Below, in pieces: positions 25,880-33,110 of a stretch of 64,000 bases of DNA (positions are counted from its first letter, which is position 1; the number at the start of each line of letters is the position of its first letter). The notes under the pieces are model-generated. The model ran no database searches. It saw nothing but the letters and a program-made list of their open reading frames with translations, and was not told the origin of the DNA. The stretch lies in contig JAZQDV010000010.1 of assembly GCA_045546975.1 (NCBI GenBank), positions 128,098-192,097 on the forward strand. Reading direction: 5' to 3'. This stretch comes from Eubacteriales bacterium (GTDB lineage: Bacteria > Bacillota > Clostridia > Oscillospirales > JAAYXM01). The translations under genes and the position numbers were made by a program.

Positions 25880-26941
25880 ATGAAAGACCAACTTATAAAA
25901 GGAGTTGCATACCACGGCAACCGTATGCTTACACATGTCCGCGAGGATATGCAGGATCTTGCAGTAAGCGGATTCAACTCCGTTCTTCATATGTTTACCC
26001 ATAACGACTGGGACAGACATAAGAACGTCATGAAAGAGATTTTTGAAATCAGTACATACTACGGACTCGATGTCTGGGTTGATAACTGGGGACTCGGTGG
26101 CCCTCCGGGAGAGAAGTCGCATTTTCTTTCGTATCATCCCGAGGCACATCAGGTGCTTTCCAACGGCAAAATAAGCCCTGTTCGCGTCTGCTTTAACCAC
26201 CCTGAGTACGTTGATTTTACAAAGAAGTGGATAGATACAGTCTATGAGGCCGGAGCAAGAAAGATTTTCTGGGACGAGCCGCACATGCAGGATGTCGAGG
26301 AAAACGGCGAGAGATATTGGAGTTGTCGCTGTGAAAACTGCCAGAAGCTCTTTGAAGAGCGCTACAATATGCCAATGCCTACGATTATCACTCCTGAGGT
26401 TGATGAGTTCCGAAAGTGGACTATAACAAACTACTTCCAGACTGTTGCGTCATACGCAAAGGAGAAGGGAATGTATAACTCCATTTGCGTTATGTTCAGC
26501 GACAATCAGGGCGATGCAAACTTCGGAGTTGATATTGACAGCATCTGTTCAACTCCCGCGCTTGACAACATCGGCTCTGACCCGTACTGGCGCGAGACTG
26601 AAGCGGATACGTACGAGGGTATCTATAAGATTGTTTACAACAAGTCCAAGCATAATATGGATGCCTGCGAAAAGTTTGATAAGGATCACAACCTTTGGAT
26701 AAAGACATTCAGTAACCATGTAGGAACAGAAGAAAAGATTCTCGCTGCGGCAGACGCTATCTACGATAGCGGCGCGCGTACAATTTTTGCATGGGGATAC
26801 CGCGGCTCGGATGCGAACGACTATCGCTCGCATGCTCCTGACCGCACATGGTACGCAACAAAGGCGGCGTTTGAAAGAATTTCCGAACGCCACCGCAATA
26901 TGCTTCGTGAGGAAGCAAGAAAGAATCTTGGAATTAAATAA
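25880..26941 (+). CDS. hypothetical 353-aa protein (TIM-barrel glycosidase-like, uncertain)
   Basis: Good SD context and no signal peptide. The alternating beta/alpha-like pattern and acidic motifs (FWDEPH) suggest a TIM barrel. Family not recognised. Confidence 0.5.
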   Translation: MKDQLIKGVAYHGNRMLTHVREDMQDLAVSGFNSVLHMFTHNDWDRHKNVMKEIFEISTYYGLDVWVDNWGLGGPPGEKSHFLSYHPEAHQVLSNGKISPVRVCFNHPEYVDFTKKWIDTVYEAGARKIFWDEPHMQDVEENGERYWSCRCENCQKLFEERYNMPMPTIITPEVDEFRKWTITNYFQTVASYAKEKGMYNSICVMFSDNQGDANFGVDIDSICSTPALDNIGSDPYWRETEADTYEGIYKIVYNKSKHNMDACEKFDKDHNLWIKTFSNHVGTEEKILAAADAIYDSGARTIFAWGYRGSDANDYRSHAPDRTWYATKAAFERISERHRNMLREEARKNLGIK

Positions 26942-26949
26942 AAAGAAAA

Positions 26950-26978
26950 AGAGAGTATCGGGAGATACTCTCTTTTTT
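26950..26978 (+). terminator. intrinsic terminator
   Basis: AGAGAGTATC-GGGA-GATACTCTCT followed by TTTTT. Confidence 0.7.
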
Positions 26979-27021
26979 ACGCTCGTACCCTCTTAGAGTT
27001 CAAGTCTACCTTATAACAAAA

Positions 27022-27057
27022 TTGAAGGAGCACATACAAAAGTATGCACTCCTTCAA
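27022..27057 (-). terminator. hairpin terminator after tRNA-Leu
   Basis: TTGAAGGAGTGCATAC-TTTT-GTATGTGCTCCTTCAA on the minus strand. Confidence 0.6.
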
Positions 27058-27143
27058 TGGTGCCGGCGGTGGGACTTGAACCCACACGGTGTCGCCACCA
27101 ACGGATTTTGAGTCCGTCACGTCTGCCATTCCATCACGCCGGC
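27058..27143 (-). tRNA. tRNA-Leu (anticodon CAA)
   Basis: Minus strand GCCGGCGUGAUGGAAUGGCAGACGUGACGGACUCAAAAUCCGUUGGUGGCGACACCGUGUGGGUUCAAGUCCCACCGCCGGCACCA. Long variable arm, loop CUCAAAA. Confidence 0.9.
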
Positions 27144-27156
27144 ATGGAACTTTTTT

Positions 27157-27185
27157 ATTATACACTATCGCGGAAGTTTTGACAA
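27157..27185 (-). promoter_or_regulatory. sigmaA promoter of tRNA-Leu
   Basis: Minus strand TTGTCA-N17-TATAAT, about 14 nt before the tRNA 5' end. Confidence 0.6.
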
Positions 27186-27220
27186 GTCTCTTTTGTAATT
27201 ATTTTGAAACATCGCTCTCC

Positions 27221-27249
27221 TTGACTTCGACATAAATATATGTGATAAT
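27221..27249 (+). promoter_or_regulatory. sigmaA promoter of smpB
   Basis: TTGACT-N17-GATAAT. Confidence 0.5.
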
Positions 27250-27284
27250 ATTTATAATTGACAGAGAAAAGAGGTGTCGGCACA

Positions 27285-27746
27285 GTGGAAAAAACCATCC
27301 GTCAGCTTGCAAAAAACCGCAAAGCCTGGCATGATTACAATATTGAAGATTCATTTGAAGCAGGTATATCCCTGTGCGGAACCGAAGTTAAGTCACTTCG
27401 TCTTGGCGCGGTTAACTTAAAGGATTCGTTCTGCTCGGTAAAGGACGGTGAGCTCATAGTTCACGGTATGCACATAAGCCCGTATGAAAAGGGAAACATT
27501 TTCAACCGTGAGCCACTCCGCAAGAGAAAACTTCTTATGCACAAGTCTGAGATACGCAGGCTTGCCGCCGCGCAAGCTCAGGAAGGATATACCATTATCC
27601 CACTTTCGGTATACCTCAAGGGTTCGCTTGTCAAAGTTCAGGTGGGTCTTGCAAAGGGTAAAAAAATTCACGATAAGCGCGATGCCGCCGCTGCACGCGA
27701 TGCGAAGCGTGAGATGGATCGTGCACTCAAAGAACAGAACAGATAA
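27285..27746 (+). CDS. smpB: SsrA-binding protein
   Basis: NRKAWHDYNIEDSFEAGISLCGTEVKSLR is the typical SmpB N-terminus. Start set to GTG 27285, behind AGAGGTG. Confidence 0.9.
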   Translation: MEKTIRQLAKNRKAWHDYNIEDSFEAGISLCGTEVKSLRLGAVNLKDSFCSVKDGELIVHGMHISPYEKGNIFNREPLRKRKLLMHKSEIRRLAAAQAQEGYTIIPLSVYLKGSLVKVQVGLAKGKKIHDKRDAAAARDAKREMDRALKEQNR

Positions 27747-27757
27747 CGAGGGTTTTT

Positions 27758-28606
27758 ATGATTTACGAAAAGATATTCTTAAAAGACGTTTTTGAAAATA
27801 TCAATACGGAAGCAACACTCACAGTTTATGCACATGAGAAAATGCCCGAGCTGAGAGAAGGGAAGCCGCGTGCAGGTATAGTCATCTGTCCGGGTGGCGG
27901 ATATTACGCTGTGTCACCGCGTGAGGCAGAGCCTATCGCGATGGCATTTTATAACAGGGGTTATAATGCCTTTGTCCTGAGGTATTCTACGAAAGATTTT
28001 AATAGTGAGGAGTATCCAACTCAGCTTTTGGAAATCTCGGCAGCTATTGCATATACAAGAAGAAACAGCGAATACTATAACACAAAGAAGGATACCATTG
28101 CTGTTTGCGGGTTTTCTGCAGGAGGGCACCTTGCCGGAATGTCGGCAACACTCTGGCAGGAAGATATCATAACCCAGAAACTCGGAATTGAGTACGGCGA
28201 AAATAAACCGAACGGGCTTATTTTAGCTTATCCTGTAATAACGAGCGGCGAGTTTGCACACAGAGGCTCTTTTGTCAACCTCGCGGGAGACGATGCGGAT
28301 GAAACGCTTTTACACAAGCTATCGCTTGAAAATTCAGTAGGGGAGCATACTCCGCCAACATTTATATGGCACACGCTCAATGACGGTACCGTTCCGTCTG
28401 AGAATTCGTTCCTTTTTGCGAATGCGCTGAAAAGAAACGGTGTTCCTTTTGAAATGCACATATATCCCGACGGCTGTCACGGTCTTGCACTCGCAACGCT
28501 TGAAACGAATCAGGTGAGCGGTGATACGGTAAATCCGCATGTCGCGTCTTGGATGGATTTATGCCTTGCGTGGTTTGCGAGATATATAGATAACGAGGGG
28601 GCGTAA
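27758..28606 (+). CDS. alpha/beta hydrolase (esterase/lipase-type)
   Basis: 282 aa with oxyanion CPGGGY and nucleophile elbow GFSAGGH, plus a C-terminal H in the DGCHG region. Confidence 0.8.
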   Translation: MIYEKIFLKDVFENINTEATLTVYAHEKMPELREGKPRAGIVICPGGGYYAVSPREAEPIAMAFYNRGYNAFVLRYSTKDFNSEEYPTQLLEISAAIAYTRRNSEYYNTKKDTIAVCGFSAGGHLAGMSATLWQEDIITQKLGIEYGENKPNGLILAYPVITSGEFAHRGSFVNLAGDDADETLLHKLSLENSVGEHTPPTFIWHTLNDGTVPSENSFLFANALKRNGVPFEMHIYPDGCHGLALATLETNQVSGDTVNPHVASWMDLCLAWFARYIDNEGA

Positions 28607-28950
28607 AGGTTTCGACGGGGATGTTGAAGCACGAGTAGCGGGCAGAGGTGCAGAGCCTCTTAAAAAGCTGCAACTTAATTTTTATAAATTAAATAACAAC
28701 AATAAACTTATTGCTGCTTAATTTATAAGCGGCCATCTTCCCCGGGAGGACCACGGCCCGGGTGCAAGGTGTCATGCAGTGGTGAACGAGACCGTGCAAA
28801 GCTTTGAGCGCGGCTTGTAATATGAAGCTACTAAGCACGGTAGCCCGCCTGTCGGCGACCGAGCGAGGGAATGTAAACATCAGGCTGCGCCCGGAGAAGC
28901 TTATGTGAATATGTTTTCGGACGGGGGTTCGACTCCCCCCGCCTCCACCA
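28597..28950 (+). ncRNA. ssrA: tmRNA (SsrA)
   Basis: The 5' GGGGGCGUAAAGGUUUCGACGGGG pairs with the 3' GGGGGUUCGACUCCCCCCGCCUCCACCA, including a G3:U pair. The internal tag frame ends GCU GCU UAA (28713-28721) inside a helix-5-like stem GCUGCUUA/UAAGCGGC. The first 10 nt overlap the hydrolase stop. Confidence 0.9.
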
Positions 28951-28952
28951 AA
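28934..28952 (+). repeat. 19-bp direct repeat, copy 1 (3' end of ssrA)
   Basis: TCCCCCCGCCTCCACCAAA, identical to 29146-29164. Confidence 0.9.
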
Positions 28953-28990
28953 TCAAGAGCACCACCCGTTTCGGGCGGTGCTCTTGATTT
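28952..28990 (+). terminator. intrinsic terminator after ssrA
   Basis: ATCAAGAGCACCACCCG-TTTC-GGGCGGTGCTCTTGAT followed by TT. Confidence 0.6.
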
Positions 28991-29145
28991 CTGCGCAGAT
29001 GTTGTGTGGGGGAGTCGAAGCCTGAGAGGGTATGCGCGTCAAGAAAACGATTAAGAATCGTTTTTAGCGCATATGCCCGAAGAAGGGTACCGAAATGCAA
29101 GGCATTTGGGTCGTCGAGGGTGCAATCTGTGCCACGCACAGATTA

Positions 29146-29164
29146 TCCCCCCGCCTCCACCAAA
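29146..29164 (+). repeat. 19-bp direct repeat, copy 2 (att-like duplicate of the ssrA 3' end)
   Basis: TCCCCCCGCCTCCACCAAA, 212 bp downstream of copy 1. Confidence 0.9.
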
Positions 29165-29203
29165 CGAGAAGAGGACACCACACGGTGTCCTCTTCTCGTT
29201 TGT
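29164..29203. terminator. hairpin terminator after the second ssrA-end copy / after the XRE gene
   Basis: ACGAGAAGAGGACACC-ACAC-GGTGTCCTCTTCTCGT followed by TTGT. Confidence 0.6.
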
Positions 29204-29204
29204 A

Positions 29205-29408
29205 TTATTCTTCCTTGATATATTCTGCAATGTCGCAAAGTGAGCAGTCCAATGCTTCGCAAAGCTTGTTTAAGGTCTTTGTTTCAATATTGTCGTTTGC
29301 CTTTAGTCTGCGAATTGTTTTGCTGTCGATACCGCATTTTTCACGGAGTGCGTAAGTGGAAAACCCTTTCTGTTTCATTGTTTTCCATAACTTGTCAAAA
29401 ATAATCAT
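29205..29408 (-). CDS. XRE-family helix-turn-helix transcriptional regulator (67 aa)
   Basis: Start moved to ATG 29408 (SD AGGAGG 6 nt upstream). MIIFDKLWKTMKQKGFSTYALREKCGIDSKTIRRLKANDNIETKTLNKLCEALDC is a classic Cro/CI-type HTH. Confidence 0.8.
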   Translation of the reverse strand: MIIFDKLWKTMKQKGFSTYALREKCGIDSKTIRRLKANDNIETKTLNKLCEALDCSLCDIAEYIKEE

Positions 29409-29419
29409 ATTACTCCTCC

Positions 29420-29448
29420 TTGACAAGTTATATTATGGGGATTATAAT
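29420..29448 (+). promoter_or_regulatory. consensus sigmaA promoter facing the SLOG gene
   Basis: TTGACA-N17-TATAAT (perfect hexamers). Overlapped and followed by GGGGAT-containing repeats: GGGGATTATAATC at 29437-29449 and the palindrome GGGGAT-ATA-ATCCCC at 29461-29475. Confidence 0.65.
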
Positions 29449-29494
29449 CTGAAATATTAAGGGGATATAATCCCCATAGAAAGCTTGGGGTGCT

Positions 29495-29929
29495 ATGAAA
29501 ACTTGTGCGTTTTTCGGACATAGGGAAATATGGGAGAATATCGATAGCAAATTAAATGATGTTTTGATTGAGTTGATTGAGAAGAAAGGCGTTACAAAAT
29601 TTTATGTAGGAAATCAAGGCGCTTTTGATAAAATTGCTGTTAATGTATTGCGGAAATTACGGAAAAAATATATACATATTCAATACAACATTGTCTTGGC
29701 GTATATTCCTTCAAAGGGGAGTTGCTACGGGTACGAAAGTGTAGAAACGATATATCCGGATGGTCTTGAAAATGTATTACCAAAGTATGCGATTATAAAA
29801 CGTAATCAATGGATGATAGAGAGGTCTGACGTTATTGTGACATATGTTCGATATTCTGTTGGCGGTGCGGCAAAAGCAAAAGAGTATGCTGAAAAGAAGG
29901 GAAAGAAGATAATAAATATTGCAGAATAA
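29495..29929 (+). CDS. SLOG-superfamily protein (DUF1273 / YpsA-like)
   Basis: 144 aa. The N-terminus MKTCAFFGHREI, the central GNQGAFD and the C-terminal GGAAKAKEYAEKKGKKIINI are typical of DUF1273. Confidence 0.7.
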   Translation: MKTCAFFGHREIWENIDSKLNDVLIELIEKKGVTKFYVGNQGAFDKIAVNVLRKLRKKYIHIQYNIVLAYIPSKGSCYGYESVETIYPDGLENVLPKYAIIKRNQWMIERSDVIVTYVRYSVGGAAKAKEYAEKKGKKIINIAE

Positions 29930-29969
29930 ATTTTATTTAGTTATCTGATAAAACAACCGTTTATATCAA

Positions 29970-30452
29970 CTACACAAGCCGGATTATTCCACAGGCAATT
30001 TTTTCTCCTGCGTTGCCTGACGGCTGCGTGGTAAAGTCATCAGGTTCCGAATGTATGATAACGCTCTTTCCAATAATCTCATCTAAGGAAAACCTGTCGG
30101 TCAGAAACATTGAAAAAGCAGAGCCGTTCACTCCGAATATCGGTGGCATATCTCCTGCATGGTAAGGGTGAGGGCAGTTGTCCGGGTTATAATGCGTCAT
30201 GGAATCTGCAAACTCGTCCGTTTCGTTTCCGGTACAGCCTCCGCCACTGTGGATGTGCATCGCAAAAATGGGGGTTTTACATACATTGTCGCTTGTGGGG
30301 AGTCCGAATACATTAGCTGAGACGAGCACACCCGTCCGTGTTCCGAGAAACTCAACTGTGCCGCGAAGATTTGGATAACTGTCGCTGCCTCGAAGTTTTG
30401 CAACGGCGTGTGGCCGTTTTTTTATATAAGATAAGAAGTTTGTGTTTTCCAA
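29970..30452 (-). CDS. Cu/Zn superoxide dismutase-family protein (no signal peptide)
   Basis: FAMHIHSGG, HYNP...HPYHAGDMP, IIHSEPDD and GNAGEKIACGII match the SodC ligand and loop pattern. Confidence 0.8.
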   Translation of the reverse strand: MENTNFLSYIKKRPHAVAKLRGSDSYPNLRGTVEFLGTRTGVLVSANVFGLPTSDNVCKTPIFAMHIHSGGGCTGNETDEFADSMTHYNPDNCPHPYHAGDMPPIFGVNGSAFSMFLTDRFSLDEIIGKSVIIHSEPDDFTTQPSGNAGEKIACGIIRLV

Positions 30453-30621
30453 CTTTAATTCACCATGCCAAACACTGTTTTGATACTATACTATGCAAAA
30501 ATCTTTTCCTCTGCGACGATGAAAAATACTATATACTATTGGAAAAAAGTTGATTTTTGTGTTAAACTATTATACAGGACATATTAAGTCAGAATTAAAG
30601 CCGAGACGAAGGAGAAATAAG

Positions 30622-32766
30622 ATGATACCAAAAACAACAGGGAGCTTTACTTTGCCGGGAGAGAGTGGATATGAAGAACTCACTCTGCAGATGGCAGAAA
30701 AGTGGGGCGCAGATATAATTCGTGACTCTGACGGAACAGAGCTTTCCAAAGAGATAATTGACTCGGGCTTCGGAATATATTCTACTATCTGCATAATCAG
30801 AAATCACAACGAGTGGGCAAAGAAGAATCTTGATAAGCTTCAGCAGACCTTCCTTATGACGGAGCCGGTTGTTGCGGAGGGAGAGACTGTTCAGATAGCT
30901 CTTATGGAGGGCTTCTTTGCTGAACAATTTCGTGTAAACGAAGCTCCAGAATCAATAGAATACTGGCAAGTATTTGACAGAACAACAAACGAAGAGGTCA
31001 GTGTCTGGTCGTATGAAAACGGTGTTGTGACGATTCCGTCAGCGACTCCGTGGCACAAGTATACCGTAAACTTCCTTGCATACAGAATTTGGGAAGAGAT
31101 TTCGATGTATAACCATACAACGAATAATTGGGACAAAGAGCATCTTATGCAGATAGACCCGATTCATCCCGAAACACAGGAGTACATGAAGGAATGGATG
31201 AAGACCTGGTGCGAGGAACATAAGGCAACAACTGTTGTACGCTTTACATCAATGTTCTACAATTTTGTGTGGATATGGGGCAAGAGCGAGAAGCACAGAA
31301 ATATGTATACTGACTGGGCGTCTTATGACTTTACTGTTTCGCCCCGTGCACTCAAGCTTTTTGAGAAAAAGTACGGATATAAGCTCACATCTGAGGACTT
31401 TATAAATAAAGGAAAGCTTCACGCAACACACATGGTATGTGATGGGAAGAAGCTTGCGTGGATGGATTTCATAAACGAGTTTGTCGTAAGCTTCGGGAAA
31501 GAGCTTATAGACATTGTACATAGCTACGGCAAAAAGGCGTATGTATTCTATGACGATTCATGGGTAGGTGTGGAGCCGTGGGGTGAGCGCTTCCGCGATT
31601 TTGGCTTTGACGGACTTATAAAGTGCATATTCAGCGGTTTTGAGGCAAGGCTCTGTGCCGGTGTTGATGCCGTTGATGTACACGAAATAAGGCTTCATCC
31701 GTATCTGTTCCCGGTAGGACTTGGCGGCGCACCGACATTTATGGAGGGTGGAAACCCGACACGCGATGCTAAGGTGTACTGGAAGAATGTGCGTCGCGCT
31801 CTGCTTCGTGCGAAGATAGACAGAATAGGTCTTGGCGGATATCTTTCACTTACGATTCCGTTCCCTGATTTTCAGGACTACATAGAGGAAATAGCAAACG
31901 AGTTCAGATTTATAAAAGAGCTTCACAACTCGGGAAAACCGTATACATTAAAACCCAAAATTGCAGTATTGACATTCTGGGGAAAGCTGCGCTCGTGGAC
32001 ATGCTCAGGACACTACCACGAACAGCCTGAGCTTGACCTCATAAACGTAATTGAAGCACTTTCGGGAATGCCGTTTGATGTTGAGTTTATAAATTTTGAG
32101 GATGTGCTCAAAGCAGATATCTCAAAATACGATGTAATCATAAACGCAGGATTTGCAGGAAGTGCATGGTCCGGCGGATACAAGTGGCAGGATGAGAAGG
32201 TTGTCTCCAAAATAACCGAATGGGTTGCAAAGGGCGGCGCATTCATCGGCGTAGGTGAGCCGTCATCTACATCGGGATATGATACGGAGTTCAGACTTTC
32301 GCACGTCCTTGGTGTCAACAAGGATAGCGGAGACAGAATCTGCCACGGCAAGATTGCCTTTGATGTTTGTGATAACGAAGTTATATGCGAAGGCACGACT
32401 ATTGCACCTGAGAAGAAAGTGTACCTTACAAACCTTGATACAAAGGTGCTTATGGCAGAAGGGGAAACACCGCTTGTTACGGAAAACACATTTGGCAAGG
32501 GCAAGGGTATTTATATTTCTCAGTTCCGACACGGAGACATTAATAACAGAACTCTTCTCAACTTAATTCTTGAGGCATGCAATCTTTCTGATACGAAGGC
32601 TTATGTAACGGATAACCCATACACGGAGTGTGCGTATTTCCCTGAAAGCGGGAAGCTTGTTGTTATAAACAACACAGAATCCGAGCAGAAGACTGCAATT
32701 AATACTGAAAAGGGAACAAGAGAAGTAACACTTCGCGCATACGAAACAATAGTAATGGATGTGTAA
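30622..32766 (+). CDS. gnpA: 1,3-beta-galactosyl-N-acetylhexosamine phosphorylase (GH112, lacto-N-biose/galacto-N-biose phosphorylase)
   Basis: Start moved to ATG 30622 (SD AAGGAGA). It is collinear with the B. longum LNBP sequence as I recall it: FTLPGESGYEEL..WGADIIRDSDGT, MEGFFAEQF, WHKYTVNFLAYRIWEEISMYNH, TVSPRALKLFEKKYGY, GGYLSL, GGAFIGVGEPSS, FGKGKGIYIS. Confidence 0.85.
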   Translation: MIPKTTGSFTLPGESGYEELTLQMAEKWGADIIRDSDGTELSKEIIDSGFGIYSTICIIRNHNEWAKKNLDKLQQTFLMTEPVVAEGETVQIALMEGFFAEQFRVNEAPESIEYWQVFDRTTNEEVSVWSYENGVVTIPSATPWHKYTVNFLAYRIWEEISMYNHTTNNWDKEHLMQIDPIHPETQEYMKEWMKTWCEEHKATTVVRFTSMFYNFVWIWGKSEKHRNMYTDWASYDFTVSPRALKLFEKKYGYKLTSEDFINKGKLHATHMVCDGKKLAWMDFINEFVVSFGKELIDIVHSYGKKAYVFYDDSWVGVEPWGERFRDFGFDGLIKCIFSGFEARLCAGVDAVDVHEIRLHPYLFPVGLGGAPTFMEGGNPTRDAKVYWKNVRRALLRAKIDRIGLGGYLSLTIPFPDFQDYIEEIANEFRFIKELHNSGKPYTLKPKIAVLTFWGKLRSWTCSGHYHEQPELDLINVIEALSGMPFDVEFINFEDVLKADISKYDVIINAGFAGSAWSGGYKWQDEKVVSKITEWVAKGGAFIGVGEPSSTSGYDTEFRLSHVLGVNKDSGDRICHGKIAFDVCDNEVICEGTTIAPEKKVYLTNLDTKVLMAEGETPLVTENTFGKGKGIYISQFRHGDINNRTLLNLILEACNLSDTKAYVTDNPYTECAYFPESGKLVVINNTESEQKTAINTEKGTREVTLRAYETIVMDV

Positions 32767-32773
32767 AGACTAA

Positions 32774-32803
32774 AACAGGGAAGAACTTTCTTCCTTGTTT
32801 TTC
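32774..32803 (+). terminator. intrinsic terminator after gnpA
   Basis: ACAGGGAAGAA-CT-TTCTTCCTTGT followed by TTTTT. Confidence 0.6.
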
Positions 32804-32876
32804 TTTTGGATAGTTGACAAAGAGCTTTTTTGTGTTAAACTATAGTTAGTAGAGGCTAACCAAGGGGAGAAAAGCT

Positions 32877-33110
32877 ATGAAACTAAATGAGTTAAAAGTT
32901 GGAGAAAGCGGGATAATCACATCGGTAGGTGGCGAAGGGGCGCTGCGCTATCGACTCCTTGATATGGGACTTATACCGAAGACTCGCGTTACCTTATCCA
33001 AGGTTGCACCGATGGGAGACCCGCTTGAAATACGTGTAAGGGGATATGAGCTTACACTGAGAATTGACGATGCTAAGAAGATAGGCATAGTCAGGGAGGA
33101 AAGCTTATGA
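32877..33110 (+). CDS. feoA: ferrous iron transport protein A
   Basis: 77 aa, SH3-like FeoA (LKVGESGIITSV...RLLDMGLIPKT), with a 4-nt overlap with feoB. Confidence 0.85.
   Translation: MKLNELKVGESGIITSVGGEGALRYRLLDMGLIPKTRVTLSKVAPMGDPLEIRVRGYELTLRIDDAKKIGIVREESL

Noticed and set aside
26979-27021. tRNA-like fragment (GAGTTCAAGTCTAC)
   Set aside because: It resembles a T-loop, but the flanks cannot form T, anticodon or acceptor stems. It is probably chance.
28831-29139. 102-aa minus-strand ORF
   Set aside because: It overlaps the tmRNA 3' domain and the att-like filler antisense, and its G/R/P-rich sequence is derived from structured RNA. It is not coding.
32807-32876. Fur box upstream of feoAB
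   Set aside because: There is no match to the GATAATGATAATCATTATC-type 19-mer. Only a weak 5-bp inverted repeat (GTTAG..CTAAC) is present.
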